Below are positions 52,272 through 64,000 of a DNA stretch of 64,000 nucleotides, piece by piece. Each line of letters opens with the position of its first letter. Position 1 is the stretch's first letter. This DNA is from Nymphaea colorata (taxonomy: Eukaryota): positions 744,001 to 808,000 of the forward strand of contig NC_045138.2 of assembly GCF_008831285.2 (NCBI RefSeq), written 5' to 3'. Both the position numbers and the translations under genes were made by a program. The notes beneath the pieces are model-generated. The model worked only from the letters and a program-made list of their open reading frames with translations, searched no databases and was not told where the DNA came from.

Positions 52272-52501
52272 TTAAGGGTGCCATGGCTGGTTTCCAACTT
52301 TTAAGCTTTTGGACGTAGTGAATTTTGTCAACCAACAGACCCAGTAAGCCCTAATAAGATCTCCCGGAGTTGAACCAATGCCAAATCCAATGCCGATATT
52401 AGCAATCCCTGCACCGCCAGTGTAAACTGCAGCAGATCGATCAACCAACAGCTACATCTCAAGGAAAGCCATTGATACTCATCCTTGGGACTTATAGACA
52501 T
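52272..52501 (-). promoter_or_regulatory. Stack of upstream ORFs in the NAC 5' leader
   Basis: AUG at 52501 (57 aa, stop at 52328); AUG at 52472 (MAFLEM-stop) with an internal AUG-UAG at 52457-52452; an in-frame CUG-started 59-codon frame 52451-52272; further short uORFs before the main AUG at 52096. Confidence 0.6.
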
Positions 52502-54567
52502 TGACAAGCAAAAGAAGACCCTGTTCACAAGGAAAAAGGATAAAGCCTCAGACGTTGGTAACCTTCTATATTAGCAAATGTGGATGCAGCCAAATAAAGC
52601 ATGAATATCACCCTCATCAAGTAGAAAAATGGTTTCCGGCAAGACCTATGGCAGCCTACCCTCAAAAGAAGAATAAAACTGCTTAAAAATCAACACTATT
52701 TGTTTAAACAATAAAACCTATAAAAACAGAACCCCCTAATATGAGTTTACAGGAACATGAACATTTTGCTAAAATCTGTCATCAGAAAAAGAGAACAACT
52801 GAAGGACAAACCCTGTAAGAAAAAGAATCAAAAGAGCACTCACTAAATGTATCGCTTAAACACCAACATCATGGACTCATATTTAATCAAAACCCAAGTA
52901 ACTTTAACATGCCTAAATCAGAAAGCATAAGCTAAAAGATTTATTGATCGACAAATCAATATCTTATTTTACATAAAAATAAAGAAACAACAGTCCAGCA
53001 AAAGCAAAGAGAGAAAAAGAAACAGGAATCACATGTCTTCCAAGTCCAATCGAACCACAATGCATGACTAAAAATGAAATGAAACAAACAAAAATCCAAT
53101 TTTATGAAAAGCCTGAACTCCACCCCACAAAATCACAAAATCAAAAACACCTCCAAAAATTCATCACATATCAGCAAAATTACTCAAAGCAACAACACTT
53201 ATAATTGACAAATCAATCCAAAACACGAAGCCTATGACCCAACACAAAACACGATAAACAAGTTCTAAGAACTCACTCCAAAAATCCCAAAATCAACAAC
53301 AGCCCACCAAAACACAGTCCAAACCTGAATTTCAAATCAGAACAAAAAAAGGAAGAAAAAGAAACAAGAAATGCAGGGACAAAGAATGAAGGGCTTCCCA
53401 GTACCTGAAGAGAACTGTGAAGAAGATGTTGAAGAAGAGAAAGACTGAGGTAGTGAATGATTACACCAGATTATAATCCTTTAACCCAGCATGTAATCCT
53501 GGAATTAGGTGGATGAGGGATTTGAATCCCCTTCCCAAATCTGGCGTGAGGTGATTGTGTGGAAAATTGATCCCATGGATTTATTTCTGGTGTTTGATGG
53601 CACCAGCTGGGGAGTTGTGGGAAAAAGGGTTTGATTGTTTGCTAACAGCATGAAACAGACCTCCATAAGTTAAATCAAGCCGGAGACTCCCCATAAATGG
53701 AAACTCTCAACTGAATACCCATCTAGGTAGACATAATGCCTGTAATGAAGAATTTAATGAAACATATTCACAAGAATGTTGCCTAAGTTTCCAAGTTTGC
53801 TACGCATGAAAGCAGCAAAAGACTTTGCAACAAAACTCCAATGCTTAAATAACAGTTTTATTGGTTTTTGTTTATACAGTTAAAATAAAACAAGATATTT
53901 AATAACATTATGCAAAAAAGAACAAACACAGGGATCTCAATAACTTTTTGCTTAATGTGGCCTGTATATACATGGCCATCTCTCATATACTGAAGAGGCG
54001 AATTTTGATGCTCATACACATGATTTCTTCAAGTTAATGAGACCCATGTAGACCCAACGAACACACATCGCCCATCTAGACCATGGAGCTGCATAGCCAT
54101 GGTTTCCCCATCAATTTTACCAATACTAAAAAATATCCATCAATAATAAACAAACAATGATACAACTAATAGCAAGCACCTGTTACAAAGCATACAAGTA
54201 TCGACATCAAATCAACACTTTGGAATGATGAAGAAATTTTTTTCCTAAGGCAAACAATCAGACAGACGGAACAAAAGAGAAGAGGGAAGGCGAAGTGTGC
54301 GAAATGGAAAGAGAAACTCAGGAAATCGAGTGGCCACTGGAAGCAGAAACCATTAAAAAAAAAATGAAACAGCATCTGCCTGAGCTACGCCAGATATTCA
54401 TGAGTCTGCAGCACCCAAAGAAGAAACCCAAAAGAAAACCAAGCCCCCATTCGATTTATTCAGTGCCTGATTCCTACCGAACTCCAAACAGAGAGCAACA
54501 TGCTCCATGGAACCATGGACGAAGAAAAAGAGAGAAAGAATGAAAGAGAAAGAGAGGCGGAAAGAAC

Positions 54568-54747
54568 CTGGTGAAGTCTTCTTCCCTGCCGGCGAAAAGG
54601 GATGCTGCCGATGAACAGGGACGCTGCCGCTGCCGCTACCGCTACTGGTGAAGAGGGAAGCCGCCGGGAAACGCTGTCGCCTTTTCCTCTACTCTTTGTG
54701 AACAAGTAAACCCACGCAAAGGCCTCCCCTCTTCCCTCCCTTTTATA
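54568..54747 (-). promoter_or_regulatory. Probable NAC core promoter and non-coding first exon
   Basis: TATAAAA on the minus strand at 54747-54741 beside a CT tract. A GC-rich leader ends in a CAG|GTTCT donor at 54568/54567, followed by a U-rich intron-like stretch to an acceptor at 52521/52520. Confidence 0.6.
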
Positions 54748-55767
54748 CAAGAGAGAGAGAGAGAGCTTGCTGCTACGTCGTCTCGAGAGTCCTGAGTAAC
54801 TTCCTCCGCAATCTTCCCCCTTCCCTCCTCTCTCTTTCTTGCTTAGATTCTCTCTAAAATTTTGAGAAATTCGAACCAAATATTACGTGGAAGCAAAAAC
54901 GTCAAACCCCTGACCAGCCGTGTTCACACCTGACACTCGGGTCAAACCTAGTTCGGGTTGATTACTTGGATTTGGATTCGTGTACCGTCTGACATGACTG
55001 GCATTTCGGATCTTTATTAGAAAAAATAGTCTCCAGCCAAATCTGCCCCGGATGTTGGAAGATTGGCATCCAACCAGTCAAGCCACCCCTTAGGGTTTGA
55101 CTAGGTTGTGCTTGGCTCGGAGTTGACCTACTCGCTCAGGTTCGATCAGCTCGAGCTTTTTTAAGGTTGACCTGCATTTGTGAGTCTAAACCAATCGAAA
55201 ATATTATTTTAATCTTGCATTGATTCTTTTCACAAATGGAGTGTGTGTATATATTCTAATGGCAGGTGGAAGACATTTAAGGAGTCCTTTGGCAGTATAA
55301 ACACTTTTTCTGTGTCTTATAAATTTATTCAAACATTGTGGTAAGTCCATTGGACACTAAACTATTATGTTATAAATCTAATTTAATTTTTAGGTAAATT
55401 CATAATATACTCACAAAGTATTCCTATTGCCAAACTATCGGTTCAGTATTAAATCCGTCAATAATTATCTTAGACATTGATCTTTTTATGATTGTAAATA
55501 TTTAATTGGGAAAAAGTGATAGGCCATTTTAATCATCTTCAATTTATTTACAACTTTTTTCCTCTTTACATTTCTGTTTGTCAAATCTCTGTGAAATATC
55601 AGCTATCCATGTAAAATAAATGAAACAAATCAATGGCCAAGATTATTTACGTGCTTCATTGTATATAGGTATGGGATGTCAATGAACGGTGCAGATCTAA
55701 TCAAGCTACATCTCAGCTTGGGCTCAATCTTTATGAGCCTGAGTTTGTTCCTACAAATAGGGGTGAA

Positions 55768-58230
55768 CAACATCTTCAAACCAAGTGTATTGAGTTTGAA
55801 ACTTACTTTTTAAGGTGGTTCAGAGCTTACTAAATATGAACGATTGACTGTATATGCGAGTTCAAATAAGGTAATTCATGGAAACATATAAATGTTTAGA
55901 TCTAAGATGCTAACAAATCTTAAATGGTTTGGTTTGCATGATGATACAATCTATTACCAAATTTGGTATAAAAACTTATATCGACTCTGTGTTTTAGATG
56001 CATGTAGATATAGATTTTGGTTGAAATCTACATTAAATGTTTCAGAATAAAGCATTATATGAATCCATCTCTTTATCAAATCGGTGAAGCTGATGATTAA
56101 TTAGATGAACCCACCAATTCACTGATTTAGTGGTAAGAAGATATTCATTCAAAAGATATATAAATGAAATTACATATCTAAATGGATTAAAATAAGGAAA
56201 AAAATGAATATAAGGTGCCACGTGACAGCACTCTTCAATTTACTAAATCTTATTTTATTTTGATGAACAGACCCGGCTGTTGAAGTTCGTATCTAAATTA
56301 GGGTGGTTCCCCAGTTCATTTGCCATGTAGGAGGAAAAAATCATCTGCATGCCCTCTTCTTCCCAATTTATCATTGTCAAACCATGAAAATCTTCTTAAT
56401 TAAGGTTTATGAATCTTCATGATGGTCAGCTAACTCTGAGGGGTGTGCCGTAGCTAGTCGAGCTAGCAGGCTAGTAAGAGCTTAGTCGTCAGTTCGATTC
56501 CCATAAGCACTACTCCTTTGAACTACAAAAGTGATAGGTGTTACGCTTTAGTTGAATGGAGTAACCTTAGTTCGTCCATGTCCCGTTGCACCTCTAAACC
56601 CTAAAGCAAGGGAAAGGAGGGGGGTAGCTTCGGTCTCTCACATGGGCGATAGGGTTCCCTACAAGCATGTCAATGGGCATTAGCATAGGCACAGGATTTG
56701 GTGCCAATAAGGCATGAATTTGATGATGTTGATGGGGATGGTGGTTGTTGTTGTTGACATGCTTGTTTTGATCAAAGAATTATTCTCCAATTTTGACAAC
56801 CACTCCATCAGACCAAACCAAACAGGAGTCAATTGTGACATGGTTTTCCTCCATCCCCGACAAAAAAAAATGTTAATAATTAGTAAAAATTATAATATAT
56901 GGGTATGTATTTTTATTTTTAATTATACATTGAAATAATTGAAATTCTTTTTTATTAAAAAAGAAAAAGATAATGGCAATGAATCTATTTGGTGTAATTC
57001 ATTCATTATTTGCAGTTCAAATGAATAACATCAACAAGAATCTTATTGATGATCATGCTTTCGCATAATTACAACATGTCAATTATGCTACGCCTCTCGA
57101 GATACTTCGGAAATTTGTGAGCAATTTCCTGGGCTATTGACGTGGAGTTATTTCATTGGATGTTTGTTTTAGGGAGACAATGAGGCTCTCCATCTAGTGA
57201 GAAACAAATTAAAAGGTGTTCTCTCAATTTGATTCGTATTTATTTAGCAACTCGTCGCTGTCAAAACAAAGCCTTCTTAATTAAGTATTGTTTGAAAAGT
57301 TCGTTTTTGCATCTATCATGTTTCATGTTGACTTTGTGAGCTACATTGTGTTTTCTCTGTGAAGGCTTTTTAAGTGAACATTATCTTCATAAATGCACGC
57401 TTTGGGTGAAGATATGATATATTTTCTTTCTTTTACTTTTTTACAGAATGAACAGCATTATATATATATGAGGTAACTCTTTTAATTGAACATTATCTTC
57501 TTTATCTTCACAGATATGTTTTATCTGTGAAGGTTTTTTAAAGACGAGGTGTCTTGATATTTAATTTTCGCGAATTATTTGTGAGGTAACTCTTTTAAGT
57601 GAACATTATCTTCGTAAATGTACGTTTTGCGAGAAGATCTGATATATTTTCTTTCTTTCATTTTTTTTACTCAATGAACGGCTCTTTTTCCTCTCTCTCT
57701 CTCTCAAGTGCCCAAATTATTTTTTTATTAAAAAAAAGATCAATACTGGTCATTGTCTTTACCTTTCTCTATTTTTTCAATTTTTTTTTATTCAACTGAA
57801 TAGTAAAAAGAATACAATTCATTATCCTTTAAAGAGAGTCGAAGCTCCTATCCAACCACTCACCTCCCTCCCTCCCATTCTTTCTTTCATACCTTATGGA
57901 TCCAAACCTGCATCGAGGCTTTGATTTAAGGAAGGTGCATCGCCACCTGAATGGCCCGCACCGCATCTCATATACCACCGCTCTGGACGTAGAAGTATGA
58001 AAAAAAAAGAGGGGGCGGCTTTTTATCTTCATTTTAAAATGGTGGGTCATAATTTTCTTGCTCACCCAAAGAAGATGAGGACAAGAGGGAAACGGATGGA
58101 TGGCTCCAACATTTGTTTTTTTTTAATTTTCATTTTTTTTCTTTCCACTCAACAATTTTTAGATAAAATATAAAAAAAATTGAGTTGTCGCCATCTCTCC
58201 CTTTCTCAGTTGTCTCCATCTTCAATACGG
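55768..58230. repeat. Non-coding segmental duplication, copy A
   Basis: Collinear with 61139-64000 from ACAACATCT..AAGTGTATTGA to CCATCTCTCCCTTTCTC. Confidence 0.92.
56436..56665 (+). mobile_element. Degenerate SINE (paralog at ~61801-62035)
   Basis: TAGCTAGTCGAG A-box-like and AGTTCGATTCC B-box-like motifs in the expected order. Confidence 0.4.
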
Positions 58231-59654
58231 GCGAGGGAAAAAATTAAGATGAGCGAGAAGATAACCCACTCACCCTGTTTAGATTATGAAGGAGCCAAAG
58301 CCTCTCCCTCTTTATCTTTTTCTATATGTCTTTTGGGTCTAAAGTTGCGTTGGGGCCTTTGTATGGCAGTGATGCATGCCGCGTCTTTGAACGGAAAAAA
58401 TGTAGGAATAAGTGGAGGCACTTAATTGGACAATGACAAAAGATGAGTTTGACGTTGTAGATTGGACGATAGAGAAGGCGGATCCGTGTGGATTTTTGAA
58501 AACTAATGCTTCATTATATGCTTGCTTTGAATGGGTAAAGAAATGAATCAATTTATGAATATCTGCCCATACTTTATATGGTTTTTTTTTCTATATTCAT
58601 TTCAAAAGCAATATAATGTAATCTAAATCGTTTTGATTTAATAAACATTAAAAAAAAAACTACATTGCTACTGATGGTTATTAAAGAATATGTTGTATCA
58701 GCGATCAAACGGATCATACGGTAATATACCGACATTGACTTCGAAGCTGCGAAGTAAAAACGGCTTATATTTCACATGATCTGGAAGGTTTAATCCATTG
58801 AATATTCTTTGGAAGGTGAGAGGGAAACTTCGTTTGCCATTCTATCACAAAAGAAAAAAAAAATGGCTAGTGCTTTTAATTTCATTCACATTTTCTTCGA
58901 CTGTTTGTCCTTGTCATTGCCATTTGTGAAGACATTCATGAAGATTTCATCTTTTAACTTTCACGTGATTATGTTCATTTGTTATATGTAGTTATAGTTA
59001 TAGTTATAGTGAATAAATGATGATTTTTGCTATTTAGAGTAACTTAGTCATTTAACTAATGTTGTTCATGTGATGCAAATGATGGTTGAAAGAAAACATG
59101 AGAGAGAGAAAAGTGAGAAAACTGATACTAGATGAGAAAATATTCATCACATTTTTTCTCCTTGTTTTTTCTTGAGTGTCCATCATGACCAATCAACTCT
59201 ACTTAGATGGTAAGGTAACTTTAAAAAGCTAAAATGGTTAGTCTATATACATACCCATGACTTAGGTGTCTGGTTTTTCCAATCTCTCTCTCTCTATCTA
59301 TATATATATATATATATATATATTAATGAGTGAACAATGACTCTATTAGAGTACTTAGTCATCTAACCAAAGCCGTCAAGTTAAACAGATAGATAGTTGA
59401 AAGAAAAACAATGACAAAAGGTTATAAATTAATATTAGATAACGAAAATGTTCATCACTTTTTTTTCTTAATTTTCTCTTAACCCTCCATCAATGTTAGA
59501 TCCATACACATTAGATGGCTGGGTTATTATAAATGTATACTACAATCCTCTTGCCATCTATCCATTCAAATGTCTCTCCCATGGCACGTGATGCAAATTT
59601 AATGCAATGCATTGGACTACACATCAAATGGGCAGAATAATTTAATAATTTTTT

Positions 59655-59688
<34 letters not shown>

Positions 59689-61138
59689 CACACATTATTT
59701 TTCATTTCCAACTATTGTTATATATATATATATATATACATTATTTTTCTTTTCCAACTATTGTTTTAAATCGATTCTATTTATATATTTATATTTTCTT
59801 AAATACATTTTCTTTTATGAATAGTTTATGGTGTTTTTGTGATAGATTTTTAATTTTTAGTCATCCCACTGCAACCTATTTCAGTTCTCAATGTATTTAG
59901 AGTACTTCAATTATATACGTTGCTGAATCATGATGAAAACTTTAAAAAATATGTGTGTAATGTTTTTCTTTTATTAAAGGTCTGAATGCCCCTCGTTTTC
60001 CTTATCCCAAAGTATTAGGCTGTGTTGAGATTTGGGTGGGGTATACTATCCCTGTCAACTAAATTGTAGTGATCCCACCATTTGAAGTTCAAATAAGTAA
60101 TGCCCATGAGAATTGAACAGGCAACCTGCCTACAAACCAATCTTATAAATTGTACCTTCTATGGAATGTCACATACTTTGCAAATACCAATTTAGTAATG
60201 TTCTCCTCACAATGTGGTATGTGGTACATCATTAGATGTAAAAAAGTTAAGTGTGAGCCGTTCAATGTCAAATCCATCAATGATATAATGTTGGTCATTG
60301 ATTTTTTTTTTTTGGTATTCTATGTTGTACATATTTGATTGAAAAATAATGATAAGTTGTTTTGACCATCTAGCATTAACTCACAACTTTTTTTTTCTTT
60401 TTTTTCTGAATCTCAACCATCCATAGGAAATAAATCAATGGCCAATGATTCAACAAACACTGCCGATCCACTCAAGCTAAGTACTGTGGAAACACATGGC
60501 GACAATACTTAGTATGTTGCTTTTTAATCGAAGAACATGGTTTTTTTTTTTTCTTCACTTTCTTTGGTCACATACTTTAACGTCTTCTACATATCTTGGG
60601 ATGCTTGGCTTGCTAGAATTTTATAATCGGGTCAGGCCAAGTACTAGGTACCAGCTATATTATGAAGCCCAGTACCTAGTAGGCCTTAGGCCGGGCACAG
60701 CCCAATTATTATCAATCTGGTCTCGGGATCGACTATAGAGCTTGAAAATCAAACTCGATAATTGGTACAAAAAACCTTATTTTATTGGCAGAGAAAAAAG
60801 CATTATAAAGTTGAAAAATAAAAACCAAAAAGAGATATCAACCCTACCAAAAAAAAAAGGAATGATTATCTTCTGAGGCTATCAAACGCAACCTAAATGT
60901 TGTTTTGTATACCGACCGATAATCTCATTGACAACACTAGATTGGAATGATTGTGTAGTTTTATGAACATCACAATCTCCAGGTATTAATCAACTTTATG
61001 CCAACTACTCATAAGCACATAATTTGAGAGTTGAAATATAAGTACATCTAATATATTAATGGCAGCTTTTGGGCATCATGAGATCTGGATGTTATAGGGT
61101 TGAAACCCAAGACACCAAAATGGTACAGTAAAAAGTTC

Positions 61139-63171
61139 ACAACATCTCCAAATCAAGTGTATTGACTTTGAAACTTACTTTTTAAGGTGGTTTAGAACTT
61201 ACTAATGTGAACGATTGACTTTATATGCAAGTTCAAATAAGCTGATTCACGGAAACATATAAATGTTTAGATCTACGATGCTAACAAATCTTAAATGGTT
61301 TGGTTTACGTGATGATACGATCTATAACCAAATTTGGTATAAAAAAACTAGTTCAAATCTGAGTTTTAGATGCATGTAGAGATAGATTTCGATTGAAATC
61401 TACATTAAATATTTCAGAATAAGGCATTGTAAGAATCCATCTCTTTATCAAATCGGTGAAGCTGATGATTAATTAGATGAACCCATCAATTCACTGATTT
61501 AGTAGTAAGAAATATTTATTCAAAAGATATATAAATGAAGTTACATATCTAAATGGATTAAAATAAGGAAAATTTTGAATATAAGGTGCCACGTGACAGT
61601 ACTCTTAAATTTACTAAATCTTATTTTATTTTGATGAACAGGCCCTAGTGATGAAGTTCGTATCTAAATTACGGTGGTTCCCCAGTTCATTTGCCATGTA
61701 GGAGGAAAAAATCATCTGCTTCTCAATTTGTCATTGTCAAACCATGAAGATCTTCTTCGATTAAGGTTTGCTTGTGAACCTTTATGGTTCGTTAGCTAAC
61801 TCTGAGGGGTGTAACCCTAGCTAGTCGAGCTAGCAGGCTAGTAAGAGCCTAGCCATCAATTCGATTTCCATAAGCACTGCTTCTTTGAACTGCAAATGGT
61901 GATAAACGCTTTAGTTGAATGGAGTAACCTTAGTTTGCCCAAGTCTCGATGCACCTTTAAACCCCGATGAAAGGGAAAGAGGGGGGGTGGGGGGATGGGG
62001 GTTTGGTGTCTCACCTAGGCATAAGGTTCCCTGCCATACACCCGGAATCTTGATGACCATTCTAGCTAACTTATTATTCTCCCATCACATTGACTTTGTA
62101 GTGTTTTTTTTTTACCCCACATTAACTTTCACTATTTATTTTTACCTCAAAAATCAACTTCTAAAAAGTAAACAATAAAAGATTAAGACAGGCTAAGGTA
62201 GTACAGCATGACATCCTAGTTAAAAGCTGCACCATTACTATCACCGATAACGACGCAGCTCAAGACCCATGAGACAAAGGAACAAGAGGACTTTCAAGTC
62301 TTGTTTTGAGTGGTAGGAATCAACCGCTCACTCATCAGGGAAAGATAGACAGATTGTCATTATTTCTCGCTTCCTAGAACTGAAGAAATTGACTATATCA
62401 ATGGGCATTAGCATAGGCACGGGATTTGGTGCGGATAAGGCATGAATTTGATGACGTTGATGGGGATGCTGGTTGTTGTTGTTGTTGTTGACATGCTTGT
62501 TTTGATCAAGGAATTATTCTCGAATTTTGACAACTACTCTACCATACAAAACACCAGTCAATTGTGACACCGTTTTCCTCCATCCATGGCAAAAAAAAAA
62601 TGTTAATAATTAGTAAAAATTATAATATATGGATTTATATTTTTATTTTTAATTATACATTGAAATAATTGAAATTGTTTATAGATTAAAAAAAAACGGC
62701 AATGAATCTATTTGTAGATACCCATCATAATGTAGTTTATTCACTATTTACAGCCCAAATGAATAGAATCTTATTGATGATCATGCATTCACATGATTAC
62801 AACGTGTGATTTACGAGATGCTTGGGAAATTTACGAGAAATTTCATAGGCCATTGAGGTGGAGTTATTCCATTGGATGTTTGTTTTAGGGAGACAATGAG
62901 GCTCTCCCTTTGTCATAAACAAATTAAAAGGTGTTCTCTCAATTTGATTCCTATTTATTTAGCAACTCGTTGCTGTCAAAACAAAGCCTTCTTAATTAAG
63001 TATTGTTTGAAAAGTTCGTTTTTGCATCTATCATGTTTCATGTTGACTTTGTGAGCTACATTGTGTTTTCTCTGTGAAGGCTTTTTAAGTGAACATTATC
63101 TTCATAAGTGCACGCTTTGGGTGAAGATATGATATATTTTCTTTCTTTTACTTTTTTACAGAATGAACAGC

Positions 63172-63237
<66 letters not shown>

Positions 63238-64000
63238 AGAGAAGCTGGTAAAAATCAAACCCTTTGATTTTGAATTTTAAAGAGTTTTTTTTCTTGCAAT
63301 CTAACCTCAGTGATATGGTCTTGGGAATGGGTTGATGCAAAACATAAACTAAGTTGATCATTTGTTAGACTTTAATGGTGTTTTTATAATAAGAAAATTA
63401 AATAGCCCTCATGGCATGATAATAAAAAAACCAATATTTTTCATTAAAACAACTTCAATCAAAGCATGTTTTAAGCCCAAACTATGTTTTGTTAAAGTAA
63501 AAAAAATAGGACTGGTCATTGTCTTTACCTTTCTCCCTTTTTCCAATTTTTTTATTGAAGTGAATAGTAAGAAGATTACAATCTATTATCTTTTTAACGA
63601 TAGTCGAAGCTCCTACCCAACCACCCACCCCCTCCCGCCAACTTTTTTTCCTTTCATGCCTTACGGATTCAAACCTGCATCAAGGCTTTGATGTGGGGAA
63701 GGTGCATCGCCACCTGAATGGCCCCGCCCCATTGCATATACCACACCTCTGGACCTAAAGGCATGACAAAATGAACTGATGGCTTTAGATCTTCATTTCA
63801 AAATGGTGGGTCATAATTTTCTTGCTCACCGGAAATGAAGATGGGGACAAGAGAGAAAGGGATGGATGGCTCCAACATTTTTTTTTTGTAATTCTTTTTT
63901 TTTTTGTTTCACCCAAAACAATTTTTTGGATAAAATAAATAAAAAAAAATGGACTTGTCGCCATCTCTCCCTTTCTCCCTTGTCTCCATCTTCAGTCCTC
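61139..64000. repeat. Non-coding segmental duplication, copy B (runs off the window)
   Basis: Collinear with 55768-58230; has ~360 extra bp at ~62036-62395 and a different segment after the (TA)n(GA)n at 63174-63480. Confidence 0.92.
63174..63237. repeat. (TA)n(GA)n microsatellite
   Basis: Visible dinucleotide runs. Confidence 0.95.

Noticed and set aside
61309..61362. GTGATGA...CTGA, possible C/D box snoRNA
   Set aside because: Too short, no terminal stem, and the D box is not conserved in the duplicate at ~55938.

Overview
AT-rich angiosperm nuclear DNA (species not determinable from sequence alone). The left two-thirds (~8-43 kb) is a decaying CC-NB-ARC-LRR (NLR) cluster on the minus strand. 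It holds one triply disrupted copy (17300-13674), one copy with an 894-aa open frame but a broken 3' LRR end (37116-33732), two NLR fragments, and orphan promoter and 3'-flank blocks implying at least four ancestral units. These are interleaved with an L1 LINE relic, SINEs, hAT/Tourist-like MITEs and a ~2 kb foldback. Each NLR promoter block carries a GC-rich 57-bp unit whose copy number varies (1, 1, 3, 8). To the right are two intact minus-strand genes: a 2-exon ANTH/AP180 clathrin-assembly protein (572 aa) and a 6-coding-exon membrane-tethered NAC factor (586 aa). The NAC leader holds a stack of uORFs, including an unusual AUG-UAG-CUG junction leading into a 59-codon protein-like frame. The window ends in a non-coding ~2.5-2.9 kb duplication. 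Best leads: the NAC uORF architecture, the NLR promoter VNTR, and miR482/2118-type sites retained in the broken NLRs.
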